Part shown: positions 1 through 9,409 of the stretch, in pieces
Position numbering within the stretch: position 1 is the stretch's first letter
Layout of the letters: each line of letters opens with the position of its first letter
NCBI GenBank assembly: GCA_050250135.1
Contig: JBFWPF010000005.1
Span: forward strand, 5,690-69,689
Length of the DNA: 64,000 nt
Direction: 5' to 3'
DNA from: Parachlamydiales bacterium
Lineage (GTDB): Bacteria; Chlamydiota; Chlamydiia; Chlamydiales; JAFEGQ01
Made by a program: the position numbers and the translations under genes
The notes under the pieces: generated by a model
The model's database searches: none
The model's input: the letters and a program-made list of their open reading frames with translations, nothing else
Told to the model about the DNA's origin: nothing

Positions 1-2640
1 GTCGCTCTTTTGGGCCTCGTGGAGGGCGGCGGTGCGGAGGTAGCTGTCGTAGATGTCAGTGACGCCGTGCGAGAGGGCCGAGGCGATCTGAGGCTTGGAG
101 AAGCCATAGTCCTGGAAGACGGTGGCGATCCGGTTTTGGAGGAAGTCGAGGAGGGCGGGAATGGTGTTCGGATTTTGAGAGTAGGGGGCGTAGCAGGCCT
201 CGAGGGTCTCCTTAAGGGGGAGGTGGAGCCTTTCGGCGATGGTGATCCGGATGAGGGCGAGGGCTTGGCGCCTTAGGGCGAAGGGGTCGGAGGAGGAGGT
301 GGGGAGGAGGCCGAGGGAGAAGCAGGCGAGGAGGTTGTCGATCTTATCGGCGAGGGAGAGGAGGGCGCCGGCAGGGGTGGTCGGGAGGGAGCCCTTTTCG
401 CCGCGGGGCATCCAGTGCTCGTCGATGGCGTGGGCGACGGGGACGGGGAGGCCGTGGGCGAGGGCGTAGGCGTGCCCGACGGTCCCCTGGAGTTCGGGGA
501 ATTCGCCGACGAGTTTGGAGGCAAGGTCCGATTTGGCGTAGAGGGCGGCCATCTCGGCCTCGGCGAGGTTGCCCAGCTTGGTGCGGTCGTGGAGGGCCTT
601 CACTTGGGCGACGAGGCGGAGCGATTTGTCGTGGAGAGTGCCGAGCCCCTCGTGGAAGGTGATCGCCTTGAGTTGTTCGTTGAACTGGTCGAGGGGGACC
701 TTAAGGTCCTGCTGGAAGAGGAACTCCCCATCGGTTAGGCGGGCGGTCAGGACCTTCTCATTCCCTTTGCGGATCGTCTCGTTGGGGGTGTTGTCGCCGG
801 TGATCACAAAGCGGCTCTGGAGGGCGCCGCTGCCATTGGCGAGGGGAAAGTAGCGCTGGTGGTGGACCATCACCGAGATGGGGACCTCCTGCGGGATATT
901 GAGGAAGCGGCTGTCAAAGCTGCCGAGGAAGAGCTCGGGCCACTCAGTGAGGTTGACCACCTCAGGAAGGACGCGGGGAAGGGCAAGGGCCTCCCCTCCC
1001 GTTTCCCCCTCTAGGCGACTGAGCTGCTCAAGGATGGCGGTCTTCCGCTCTTCGGGATCGACCATCACATAGGCCTTCCTGAGGGTGGAGAGGTAGTCGG
1101 AGGGAGAGGAGAGGGAGAGGGGTTTATTCGCCCGCTGTCGGTGGCCATAGGTCGTCCTGCCAGAGGCGATGGAGCCGACCTGGAAGGGGAGGACCCATTT
1201 GCCGTGGAGGGCGACGATCCAGTGGAGGGGGCGGGCGTAGCTGATCTTGCTCCGCCCCCATCGCATTTTCTTGGGGAAGTCGATGTCGAGAATGAGGCTG
1301 GGGAGGGCTTCGGCGAGGAGGGAGTCGGTCCGTTGGGCGGGGATCTGGAGGTCGGCGTAGAGGTAACCCTCTCGGATTTCAACGCCCTCGAGGTGGTCGC
1401 GGTGCTGGGGCTCTCTGCCGATGGAGCGGAAGAACCCTGCCCCCGCTTTGGTGGGGTTGCCCGCCTCATCAAAGGCGGAGGTGAGGGGAGGGCCCCGCCG
1501 CTCAACCTGCTGAGCGGGCTTGAGGAGGGGGAGCCCTTCGATAAGGGCGGCGAGGCGGCGGGGGCTCCCGTAGACCTCGATTCTGGTGTAGGGGAACTCG
1601 CTCTTTTGGAGGAGCCGCTCTAGCTTCCCCTTGAGGCTTGCCATCGCCGTCGGGATGTAGGTGGCGGGGAGCTCCTCCGAGCCGATCTCAAGGAGGAAGG
1701 GGTGGACCTCGGATCTATCAGGGGCCGGCTTCTCCTTTTTGTCCGAAGGGGTCGTCCACTCATCCTCCCACCGGTCCATCAGAGGGAACTGGAGCTTGCG
1801 CCGCTCTTCGACGTAGCTCTCTGCTGCCGCTTTGGCCAGCCCCCGGATCTGCCCGATCGCTTTCGCCCGCTCGGGGACCGAGACAACCCCCCGCGCTTCA
1901 AGGGTGTTGAAGGTGTGGGAGGCCTTCATCACAAAGTCGTAGGCCGGGTAGGGGAGGCCGAGAGCGGCAAGGCGGTGGGCCTCCTTCACATAATCGGCAT
2001 AGTGGGAGCGGAGGGTGGCCACGTCGGCCTGCTCGAAGTTGTAGTGGCACCATTCGACCTCCCCTTTGTGGTAGAGGTCGCCGTAGGTGAGGTGGTCGTT
2101 CCACTTGAGGTCCCAGACGTTGTCGACCCCTTGGATCGTCATGGCGAGCCGCTCAAGGCCGAGCGCCATCTCAACCATGATCGGGTCGAGCTCAAAGCCG
2201 GCGACGCTCTGGAAGTAGGTGTACTGGGTGACCTCCATCCCATCCCGCCAGACCTCCCACCCTAGGCCGCTAGCGCCGAGGGAGGGCTGCTCCCAGTCGT
2301 CGTGGACAAAGCGGATGTCGTGGTCGGGGAGGTGGAACCCGATCGCCTCAAGCATCTGGAGGTAAAGCTCTTGAGGGTTGGGAGGGCTTGGCTTGAGGAC
2401 GATCTGGTACTGGTGGAAGAGCTGCATCCGATTGGGGTTATCTCCGTACCGGCCGTCGGTGGGGCGGCGGGAGATCTCGACGTAAGCGGCTCGGAAGGGC
2501 TCGGGGCCGAGGCACTTGAAGAAGGTATTGGGGTTAAAGGTACCCGCCCCCGTCTCCACATCGTGGCCGAGGCCGATCACACACCCCTGGGCTGCCCAAA
2601 AGGAGTCGAGTCTCGCAATTAACTCTTGAACCGTTAACAT
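1..2640 (-). CDS. glyQS: Glycine--tRNA ligase, fused alpha/beta subunits (3' end runs off the window)
   Basis: Missing from the ORF track; manual translation from ATG 2640 gives MLTVQELIARLDSFW..GAGTFNP..RRPTDGRYGDNPNR (GlyQ), reading in frame into LLEIGSEELPA (GlyS N-terminus). The fusion is typical of Chlamydiae. Confidence 0.95.
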   Translation of the reverse strand, partial: MLTVQELIARLDSFWAAQGCVIGLGHDVETGAGTFNPNTFFKCLGPEPFRAAYVEISRRPTDGRYGDNPNRMQLFHQYQIVLKPSPPNPQELYLQMLEAIGFHLPDHDIRFVHDDWEQPSLGASGLGWEVWRDGMEVTQYTYFQSVAGFELDPIMVEMALGLERLAMTIQGVDNVWDLKWNDHLTYGDLYHKGEVEWCHYNFEQADVATLRSHYADYVKEAHRLAALGLPYPAYDFVMKASHTFNTLEARGVVSVPERAKAIGQIRGLAKAAAESYVEERRKLQFPLMDRWEDEWTTPSDKKEKPAPDRSEVHPFLLEIGSEELPATYIPTAMASLKGKLERLLQKSEFPYTRIEVYGSPRRLAALIEGLPLLKPAQQVERRGPPLTSAFDEAGNPTKAGAGFFRSIGREPQHRDHLEGVEIREGYLYADLQIPAQRTDSLLAEALPSLILDIDFPKKMRWGRSKISYARPLHWIVALHGKWVLPFQVGSIASGRTTYGHRQRANKPLSLSSPSDYLSTLRKAYVMVDPEERKTAILEQLSRLEGETGGEALALPRVLPEVVNLTEWPELFLGSFDSRFLNIPQEVPISVMVHHQRYFPLANGSGALQSRFVITGDNTPNETIRKGNEKVLTARLTDGEFLFQQDLKVPLDQFNEQLKAITFHEGLGTLHDKSLRLVAQVKALHDRTKLGNLAEAEMAALYAKSDLASKLVGEFPELQGTVGHAYALAHGLPVPVAHAIDEHWMPRGEKGSLPTTPAGALLSLADKIDNLLACFSLGLLPTSSSDPFALRRQALALIRITIAERLHLPLKETLEACYAPYSQNPNTIPALLDFLQNRIATVFQDYGFSKPQIASALSHGVTDIYDSYLRTAALHEAQKSD

Positions 2641-2662
2641 GGGGGAAAGTGTAGCGGGTAGT

Positions 2663-3487
2663 ATGTCAAAGGTCAATTGGGAGGCCATTACAGGGGGGGA
2701 GCGGGCCGAGGAGGGGGCCGAGTTGCCCAGTATTTCGATCGTCATCCCCTCCTACAATTGCTCCCAAAAGATCGCCTGGAGTCTCGACAGCCTGCAGGGG
2801 CAGAGCTACCCCAACCTCGAGGTGATTGTGGTCGATGGGGGGTCGACCGACCGGACCCTCGAAGAGGTTCGCCGCCGCCGCCTTCAAGCCCTGCGGGTCT
2901 ACTCGGTGGCCGAGTACAACCGTTCGGAGATGTACAACCGGGGGATCTCGGTAGCCAGCGGCGACTACATCACCCTCCTTAGCCCAGGCGACACCTATCT
3001 CTACGAGGGGGCCCTCGATCAGGTGGTCAACCTGATGGAGGCAAAGGGGAGACCCGATCTGGTCTACTGCGGTGTTCTCCGCCGCGACTACACCGGCTCG
3101 ATCCGTACCGTGCTGCGGGACCTCTCCTATGAGCACCTCAGCCGGGGCCGGGTCCCCTCGAGCTTAGGGGCCAGCTTCTTCCGCCTCGACACGATCCGAC
3201 AGCTGGGAAAGCTCGATGCTTCGATCCGGCTGCGCGGCGGCTTTGACCTCGTCTGCCGCTTCTACCACCGCAAGAATCTGGTCGCTCAGCCCTGCGAGCG
3301 GGTGCTCGTGGAGCACGATCCCCGCATCCTGACGGCCCGGGCGACCCTTCGCCGGTTTTGGGAGACCCAGAAGGTGATTGGGCGCCACTTTGGCACAAGA
3401 GCGGCTCTCCGATTTTGGCTAGGACAAAACCACTGGGAGCTGATCCGACTCTGGTGGAAGAGCAAACGGTTTCACGTATGGACCTAA
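2663..3487 (+). CDS. GT2 family glycosyltransferase
   Basis: ISIVIPSYN, EVIVVDGGSTDRT and YNRGI..ASGDYI motifs; start 2663 preferred over 2639, which overlaps the glyQS start. Confidence 0.85.
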   Translation: MSKVNWEAITGGERAEEGAELPSISIVIPSYNCSQKIAWSLDSLQGQSYPNLEVIVVDGGSTDRTLEEVRRRRLQALRVYSVAEYNRSEMYNRGISVASGDYITLLSPGDTYLYEGALDQVVNLMEAKGRPDLVYCGVLRRDYTGSIRTVLRDLSYEHLSRGRVPSSLGASFFRLDTIRQLGKLDASIRLRGGFDLVCRFYHRKNLVAQPCERVLVEHDPRILTARATLRRFWETQKVIGRHFGTRAALRFWLGQNHWELIRLWWKSKRFHVWT

Positions 3488-4209
3488 AGGGGAATTACGG
3501 GTGGGATGCACCCGGGGTGATCCGCCTCCTGTTCTTGGTAGGGATCCTGTCGGTAGGTGCAGGCGGGGTCCTTTTTGCCCTTTTTGAGCGGACCGCTTTG
3601 GGCCTTGCCTGGTTTTTTCTCTGGATGACCACGATTGGGGCTTTCATCTGCTTTGTGGAGGCCTACTTGATGATCCGGTCGAGCAAAAAGGGGAAGTTCC
3701 AGGTGATCGACCGCCTCCTAGATGACCTCAAACTCAAAGGGGATGCGCAGGTCCTCGATGTGGGATGTGGCCGGGGAGCTCTCCTTATCTCGGCGGCAAA
3801 GCGGCTTCCTGAGGGAAAGGTGACCGGGATCGACATCTGGTCGGAAAAGGATCAGTCGGGCAACTCAACTTTCCACACCATGCAGAACATCCACCTAAAC
3901 GGAGTTGACGGGCATGCCGACATCGACACAGCCGATGCCCGAAACCTCCCCTTTCCCGATGCCACCTTCGATGCGATTGTGTCGTGTCTTATGCTCCACA
4001 ATCTCCCCTCGGCAAGGGAGCGGGAAAAGGCCCTTGCCGAAATGGTGAGGGTCCTTAAGCCGGGCGGCAAGATCGGCCTAATCGATTTCCGCCATGCCGG
4101 GGAGTACACCCATTCTCTGGAAAGAAAAGGCTTCCGGTGCCACCATCACGGTCCCTACTGGCGGATGTTCCCGCCGGCAACAATCGTGATCGCCCGTGCT
4201 CCTCATTAA
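3478..4209 (+). CDS. Membrane-anchored class I SAM-dependent methyltransferase
   Basis: Two N-terminal TM segments; VLDVGCGRG, LPFPDATFD and RVLKPGG motifs; ATG 3478 overlaps the upstream gene end. Confidence 0.88.
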   Translation: MDLKGNYGWDAPGVIRLLFLVGILSVGAGGVLFALFERTALGLAWFFLWMTTIGAFICFVEAYLMIRSSKKGKFQVIDRLLDDLKLKGDAQVLDVGCGRGALLISAAKRLPEGKVTGIDIWSEKDQSGNSTFHTMQNIHLNGVDGHADIDTADARNLPFPDATFDAIVSCLMLHNLPSAREREKALAEMVRVLKPGGKIGLIDFRHAGEYTHSLERKGFRCHHHGPYWRMFPPATIVIARAPH

Positions 4210-5125
4210 ATGTGTGCTGCTGTGCTTATCTTGCCTCTCCCTCGAAGAGAAGGTGAGCCGCTTGATGCTCTCGGCCTACGAAGAGGGGGTCGAGGTTGGC
4301 GCGGTGATCACCTACGGCGAAACGGTTCCGCCTCATCCCATTGTTGCAGTGGATCAGGAGGGGGGGAGGGTGGTCCGCTTCCGTAATGGCTTTACCCCAA
4401 TACCTTCTGCAGCCGAGCTGGGAGCCACCTATAGCGAAGAGGAGGTCTACCGGCTTTTCCGACAAGTCGGTTCGGAATTGCGACGCGCCGGCATCACTAT
4501 AAACTTCGCTCCTGTCGTCGACCTAAGCCAAAACGATCGCTCCTTTGGTCAGGATCCCGAAAAGGTCACCCGCTATGCAGGTGCGGTCATCGATGGGCTC
4601 CTAGATGCAGGTATTCTGCCCTGCTTGAAGCACTTTGTCGGTTATGGAAGCGCAAGCGGCGATGCTCACGCCGCCCTTCCGACAGCTGATTGGGATCCCG
4701 ATGCCCTCATTCCCTACCGTCATTTAGCGAGCTGGGTGCCAATGATCATGACTGCTCATCTCCGTATTCCTGCGCTCGATCCCGACCACTGCGCAACCCT
4801 CTCACCCACCATTGTGAGGGCCCTTTTGCGCGGGGAGCTCAATTTCAAAGGGGTGATCGTTACCGATTCCCTCACCATGCATGGTGTGTTGGAGGAGGCG
4901 GGGAGTTTGGAGGAGGCGGCGATTCAGGCACTCGAGGCTGGCTGTGATCTCCTCCTGTTGGGAGGGCGGGCCCTTTCAGGCGATCCCTTCGAGCCGCTCG
5001 AGAATGCTCGCCGCGTCCACAAAGCTGTTGTGGAGGCGGTCCACTCCGGCCGCCTCACCGAATCCCGCCTCGACGAGTCGGTGGAGAGGGTTGGCAATAT
5101 TTACAAGTGGTTGATTTCTAGATAA
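4196..5125 (+). CDS. nagZ: GH3 beta-N-acetylhexosaminidase (NagZ-like)
   Basis: AVDQEGGRV, NFAPVVD, RSFG, KHFVGYG..GDAH and IVTDSL motifs. Confidence 0.85.
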   Translation: MLLIKCVLLCLSCLSLEEKVSRLMLSAYEEGVEVGAVITYGETVPPHPIVAVDQEGGRVVRFRNGFTPIPSAAELGATYSEEEVYRLFRQVGSELRRAGITINFAPVVDLSQNDRSFGQDPEKVTRYAGAVIDGLLDAGILPCLKHFVGYGSASGDAHAALPTADWDPDALIPYRHLASWVPMIMTAHLRIPALDPDHCATLSPTIVRALLRGELNFKGVIVTDSLTMHGVLEEAGSLEEAAIQALEAGCDLLLLGGRALSGDPFEPLENARRVHKAVVEAVHSGRLTESRLDESVERVGNIYKWLISR

Positions 5126-5138
5126 TTAAGTATGTTTT

Positions 5139-5168
5139 TTGCGTAATAGTATCAAGGTATGATACTAT
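5139..5168 (+). promoter_or_regulatory. hicAB promoter with overlapping 9-bp inverted-repeat operator
   Basis: TTGCGT-18-TACTAT with extended TGn; ATAGTATCA-N5-TGATACTAT inverted repeat at 5146-5168. Confidence 0.65.
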
Positions 5169-5174
5169 AAAAAT

Positions 5175-5429
5175 GTGAGTAAAAAGCACCGCCGGACTCT
5201 GGAGCAGGTCTTTGAGACACCTCCGCCCTCCTCTGTTAAGTGGAAGGACGTGGAGGCCATGTTGACATCGCTCGGCGCGGATGTTAGAGAGGGCAGTGGA
5301 TCGCGAGTTCGGTTAGCACTCAATGGAATTCGGGCCACGTTTCATCGTCCTCACCCAAGGAAGGAAATAGATAAGGGAGCGTTGGTCTCATTGAGGCGAT
5401 TTTTGGAAAATGCTGGGATTAAACCATGA
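5175..5429 (+). CDS. hicA: HicA family toxin
   Basis: 84 aa; W.DVEAML..LGA..EGSGSRV..FHRPHP motif; precedes HicB. Confidence 0.92.
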   Translation: MSKKHRRTLEQVFETPPPSSVKWKDVEAMLTSLGADVREGSGSRVRLALNGIRATFHRPHPRKEIDKGALVSLRRFLENAGIKP

Positions 5430-5779
5430 TGGAATATAAAGGCTACACAGGGAAAGCCGAGTACGACGACAAGGCGAGAATATTTCACGGAGAGGTAATA
5501 GGCCTTAAGGACGTAATCACGTTTCAAGGGACCTCTGTAGATGAGTTAGAAAGGGCTTTTCGGGAGTCGGTGGATGATTATCTCGATTGGTGTAGAGAGC
5601 TGGGTCAGTCTCCAGAAAAGCCCTATTCTGGAAAGTTCTTATTGCGGGTTGATCCCTCGCTTCACCAGCAGGCAGCTTTAGAAGCTCATATGAAAGGGAT
5701 GAGCCTGAATGAGTATGTGACAATAGCTCTTGCTCAGCAACTATCCAAAAATGGCCACTTCCCCCCTCGCTCCCGATAG
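5426..5779 (+). CDS. hicB: HicB family antitoxin
   Basis: YKGY.G, F.G.SVDEL..AF.ESVDDYL, KPYSGKF.LR and C-terminal SLNEYV (RHH); ATGA overlap with hicA. Confidence 0.93.
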   Translation: MMEYKGYTGKAEYDDKARIFHGEVIGLKDVITFQGTSVDELERAFRESVDDYLDWCRELGQSPEKPYSGKFLLRVDPSLHQQAALEAHMKGMSLNEYVTIALAQQLSKNGHFPPRSR

Positions 5780-5782
5780 CCT

Positions 5783-7687
5783 CTATAACCCTAACCGATC
5801 TCTGGCTGCATTGAGGACCTTGCCGAGGAAGGTTGAGTAGTCCCACCCATTCATCTCCGCCATCAGGTTCCCCTTCCCATCCCAACACCAGCTGGGATTG
5901 GGATTCACCTCCAGGAGCTTGATTACCCCATTCTTATCGGCGCGATAGTCAAACCGGGCATAGTCCCGGCAGCCGAGCCGCTGGAAGAGAAGGACCGAGC
6001 TGTCAAAGAGTTGGCGGGCCTGCCACTCAGGGAGGGCCGCACGCCGGTACTTGATCGAGGTCCAGTAGGGAGAGTCGGGAAGCCACTTGCTCTCATACCC
6101 AAGAATCGGAGGGAGCCCCTCTGGGAGGGCCGAGTAGTCAACCTCAAGGATCGGAAGGAAAGCAAAATCCCCCTCGTTTCCGATAAGGGCGACCGAAAAC
6201 TCCCGGCCGGTCAGGTACTCCTGAACGAGGAAAGACTCGCCCGGGAGGGTGGCACGGAGCCAGTCGCAGTAGGCGATCAGCTCATCGGCCGTCTTAACGA
6301 CCGCCTTCTGAGTGATCCCGAGGCTGCTATCCCCCCGAACCGGTTTGACAAAGGCGGGAAGCTCGGCCGGAATAGCGGCTGAGCCGCTAGAGCCCTCCAG
6401 AAAGAGCTCATCGGGGACCGCAATCCCCATCTCCTTCGCCCACGCCCTAACGAGCCCCTTGTTGTAGCAGTGGGCCAAGCAGGCAGGTCCCCCGCCGCTA
6501 TAAGGGATCCCCAACATCTCGAGGAGGGCGGGGACATGGAGCTCATGGGTGGCATCGTTCCGGTACCCCTCATCGCAGAGGTTGAAGACAAAGCTCGGGG
6601 GGTGCTGGGTGAGGAGGGTCAGGTACTTGCTGTGGTCATCGAGGTAGCTGAACCGGTAGTCGCCCAGCGGCTCGAGCCCCTCCCGGAGCTTGTTGACCGT
6701 CGTGAGGTCTTCCGAGTTGAATTTCCCCTCCCGCTTGAGCCGGTCGGGGAGGCGGGGGTCACCGAGGAGGACGGTGCAGGGGAGGGGACTCCCCTTGCGC
6801 AACTTGGTGGTGGTTTTGGGAGCGGGGGGCGCCTTGGCTGGAGCCTGAGCACACAGGAGGAGGCGGTTCCCCATCATCCCGAGGTCGTTGCAGGCGCGGG
6901 TCGACTGGGCCTGGACGTTGCCTAACTCGGTAACCGTTGCAAAGCCCGATTCCTTCAAGGCCGCTACCAGCTCATCGGCGCGGTAGAGCCGCTCAGCATA
7001 GAACTGATCCTTAACGACACCCGTTTGGGCATCGACGACAAGCTCTCGGGAGATCAGGCGGTGGCCATCGGCGCTCAGGTGGCGCTCCCGGCAAACCAGC
7101 GATCCCTGATCAATCCACTCCCAGCTCTTAGGGGCAAAGTTCTGCCGCATCCAGGGGCCGTCGGTGATATCGAGGAAAAGGCGCCCCTCCGAGCTCAGGA
7201 GCCGGAAGACCTCTTTAAGGACGGCGATGTTCTCCTGCTCCCGCTCGAAGTAGCCGAAGGAGTTGCCCATCACGATGACCAGGTCAAAGGCCCCATCGGG
7301 GTAGCGGATCCGCCGGGCATCCCCCTCGCGGAAGACGACCGAGGTTAGCCCCCGCTGAGTCGCCCGCTTCCTTCCGAGGCGGACCAGGTAGCGGGAGCGG
7401 TCGATCCCCACGATATTGGGGTAGCCCCGGCTTGCCAGCTCAAGGCTATGGCGCCCTTGGCCGCAGCAGAGGTCGAGGATCCGGGCGTCCGGCTTGATCG
7501 CCGTCGCTTCGAGAACCAGGTCGATGTCCTGTTTGGTATTGGCTTGGTTTTCAACGACGTCGGCGTCGGTTTTGAGGTAGACCGAGTTGAAGAGGGTTCG
7601 CCACCACTCTTCGGTCAGATGGGATTCAAGATCGGTGAGGGGCCCCAAGCAGGGGCTAGGAGGGGACGGGGGAGGCTTTGTCGCCAT
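5783..7687 (-). CDS. SAM methyltransferase / D-Ala-D-Ala ligase-like ATP-grasp fusion
   Basis: N-terminal ILDLCCGQGRH and MGNSFGYF; C-terminal VFNLCDEG, FVKP..GDSSLGI, EYLTGREF, DYARFD.R and LEVNPNP. Confidence 0.85.
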   Translation of the reverse strand: MATKPPPSPPSPCLGPLTDLESHLTEEWWRTLFNSVYLKTDADVVENQANTKQDIDLVLEATAIKPDARILDLCCGQGRHSLELASRGYPNIVGIDRSRYLVRLGRKRATQRGLTSVVFREGDARRIRYPDGAFDLVIVMGNSFGYFEREQENIAVLKEVFRLLSSEGRLFLDITDGPWMRQNFAPKSWEWIDQGSLVCRERHLSADGHRLISRELVVDAQTGVVKDQFYAERLYRADELVAALKESGFATVTELGNVQAQSTRACNDLGMMGNRLLLCAQAPAKAPPAPKTTTKLRKGSPLPCTVLLGDPRLPDRLKREGKFNSEDLTTVNKLREGLEPLGDYRFSYLDDHSKYLTLLTQHPPSFVFNLCDEGYRNDATHELHVPALLEMLGIPYSGGGPACLAHCYNKGLVRAWAKEMGIAVPDELFLEGSSGSAAIPAELPAFVKPVRGDSSLGITQKAVVKTADELIAYCDWLRATLPGESFLVQEYLTGREFSVALIGNEGDFAFLPILEVDYSALPEGLPPILGYESKWLPDSPYWTSIKYRRAALPEWQARQLFDSSVLLFQRLGCRDYARFDYRADKNGVIKLLEVNPNPSWCWDGKGNLMAEMNGWDYSTFLGKVLNAARDRLGL

Positions 7688-7766
7688 GGCGGTCCGGGGT
7701 TAGGTTCAGTGCCTATTTTACCCTTTTTGCCAAGATTTCAGATAGTGATAATATGACAAGAAAAAA

Positions 7767-8681
7767 TTACGATTTCGGCGCTACCTCTTGATCGAAGAGC
7801 TGGTGAGCAAGGGTTCTGAGCTCATGGCCCGATTCACTGTTCGTTAGGAGCACAACGCCGATCCCCCGCTCGGGGAGCAAGGCGACGAGGGAGGAAAAGC
7901 CGGCAATCCCCCCTGGGTGGTAGAGCTCGATTTCTCCCCGGTAGTCGGTGATAAACCACCCAAGGCCATAGCCGTCACCAGCAGGTGTCCAGCTATAGGG
8001 GATGCGCGCCTCTTCGGCAGTGATGGAGAGCTGGTAGGCAACCCACTTCACCATATCCTCAATCGGCGCGCAAATAGCGCCTGCAGGGGCGACCGGTTCG
8101 GTGTTGCAATAGGGGACCGGTACCCATTGGTCATCTGTCCATCGATAACCAGGGGGAGTACCGGGAGGGTAACCGATAGTGGTTGCCTCCATCCCAAGGG
8201 GCCCCCAAATGTGCCTTCTGAGTAGCGCTTCATAGGACTGGCCAGTGGCCTGCTCAGCGACTCTACCGAGCGCAAGGTACATCACATTGCTGTATTCAAA
8301 GTGAGTTCCGGGCTCTCCAGTGATCGGAAGTTGGAGGGCCTCCTGTAGCAGCGCTTCTTGCGAAATCTCTCTGCTCTGCCACAATTCGTCAGCGCGGGGA
8401 GTGCCTGTCGTGTGGGTGGCGAGGTGGCGCAAGGTGGTCTGCCCATTGGAATAGGGAAGGTAGTTAGCAAGAGGGTCATCCCAGTTTAACCCCAATTGGG
8501 AGACGAGGTGGCAGGTGAAAGTTTTGGTGCACGAAGCAATAGGAAATGGGGTGTGGGCGTCGACCGGCCCCATTGTCCAGATTTCAGGGGCCTCTCCCAC
8601 CCGAACAATCCCCACCGCAAGGCCGGGGTTAGACAAGGCAGGGGCCGAAAATAAAATGAGAAGTAAGAAGAGGAATTTCAT
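7767..8681 (-). CDS. Secreted serine hydrolase (beta-lactamase class C / AmpH-like)
   Basis: Signal peptide MKFLFLLLILFSAPALS; SxxK (SCTK), LATHTTG, FEYSN and H.GG..GF motifs. Confidence 0.88.
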   Translation of the reverse strand: MKFLFLLLILFSAPALSNPGLAVGIVRVGEAPEIWTMGPVDAHTPFPIASCTKTFTCHLVSQLGLNWDDPLANYLPYSNGQTTLRHLATHTTGTPRADELWQSREISQEALLQEALQLPITGEPGTHFEYSNVMYLALGRVAEQATGQSYEALLRRHIWGPLGMEATTIGYPPGTPPGYRWTDDQWVPVPYCNTEPVAPAGAICAPIEDMVKWVAYQLSITAEEARIPYSWTPAGDGYGLGWFITDYRGEIELYHPGGIAGFSSLVALLPERGIGVVLLTNSESGHELRTLAHQLFDQEVAPKS

Positions 8682-8731
8682 GGTAGATATTTTAGCACAG
8701 GGGGGGAGCAAAGGCAAGGTAAGGTTCGCGC

Positions 8732-8760
8732 TTGCCACTTTTTTCCGAGGAGGGTAGGCT
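8732..8760 (+). promoter_or_regulatory. Putative sigma66/sigma70 promoter of pgsA
   Basis: TTGCCA-17-TAGGCT upstream of GTG 8792. Confidence 0.45.
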
Positions 8761-8791
8761 GGGTTCAATTTAATCTTTTCCGGGAGCCCGC

Positions 8792-9409
8792 GTGTCGATA
8801 CCCCACCTCCTCACCCTCTCCCGCATCCTGATCGCCCCCATCTTTGTCCTCTTCTACCTCTACTCCAATCCCTTAGAAATTAGCTTTCTGGAGCTCCCTT
8901 ACATCTTGTTTGCGCTACTGGTCATCGGGGAGCTCACCGATCTGCTGGATGGCTACTTTGCTCGCAAGTTCAACCAGGTAAGCGATTTGGGGAAGATCTT
9001 CGACCCGATGGCCGATAGCATCTTCCATATCTCGATCTTTTTCAGCTTTACCCAAGGGGTAGTCGACCTCCCCCTCCTCTTGGTCTTTGTCTTCCTCTAC
9101 CGCGATTCGGTCATCGCGACCCTCAGGACCGTCTGCGCCCTCAAGGGGTATGCCCTGGCTGCCCGCCCCAGCGGCAAGGTAAAAGCGGTTTTCCAAGCTC
9201 TTGTGGCCTTTACGATCGTCGCTCTGATGATCCCCCTCTCTCATGGCCATTTTTCCCTTCAGACTTTTCAGACAATTGCCCTCTGGCTCGTTGCTGGAGC
9301 GGCTCTCTACACGGCGGCCTCAGGGTTTGAGTACCTCTGGGCCAACCGATCGACTATCGGTAAACTACTCACAACAGGAAAGAAGAGGCGTGAAGGAAAA
9401 TCAAGTTGA
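8792..9409 (+). CDS. pgsA: CDP-diacylglycerol--glycerol-3-phosphate 3-phosphatidyltransferase
   Basis: TDLLDGYFARKFNQVSDLGKIFDPMAD CDP-alcohol phosphotransferase motif; chlamydial synteny. Confidence 0.92.
   Translation: MSIPHLLTLSRILIAPIFVLFYLYSNPLEISFLELPYILFALLVIGELTDLLDGYFARKFNQVSDLGKIFDPMADSIFHISIFFSFTQGVVDLPLLLVFVFLYRDSVIATLRTVCALKGYALAARPSGKVKAVFQALVAFTIVALMIPLSHGHFSLQTFQTIALWLVAGAALYTAASGFEYLWANRSTIGKLLTTGKKRREGKSS

Noticed and set aside
10-2622. Many plus-strand ORFs in the ORF track
   Set aside because: Antisense shadows of glyQS caused by high GC; the same applies to most short overlapping ORFs in the window.
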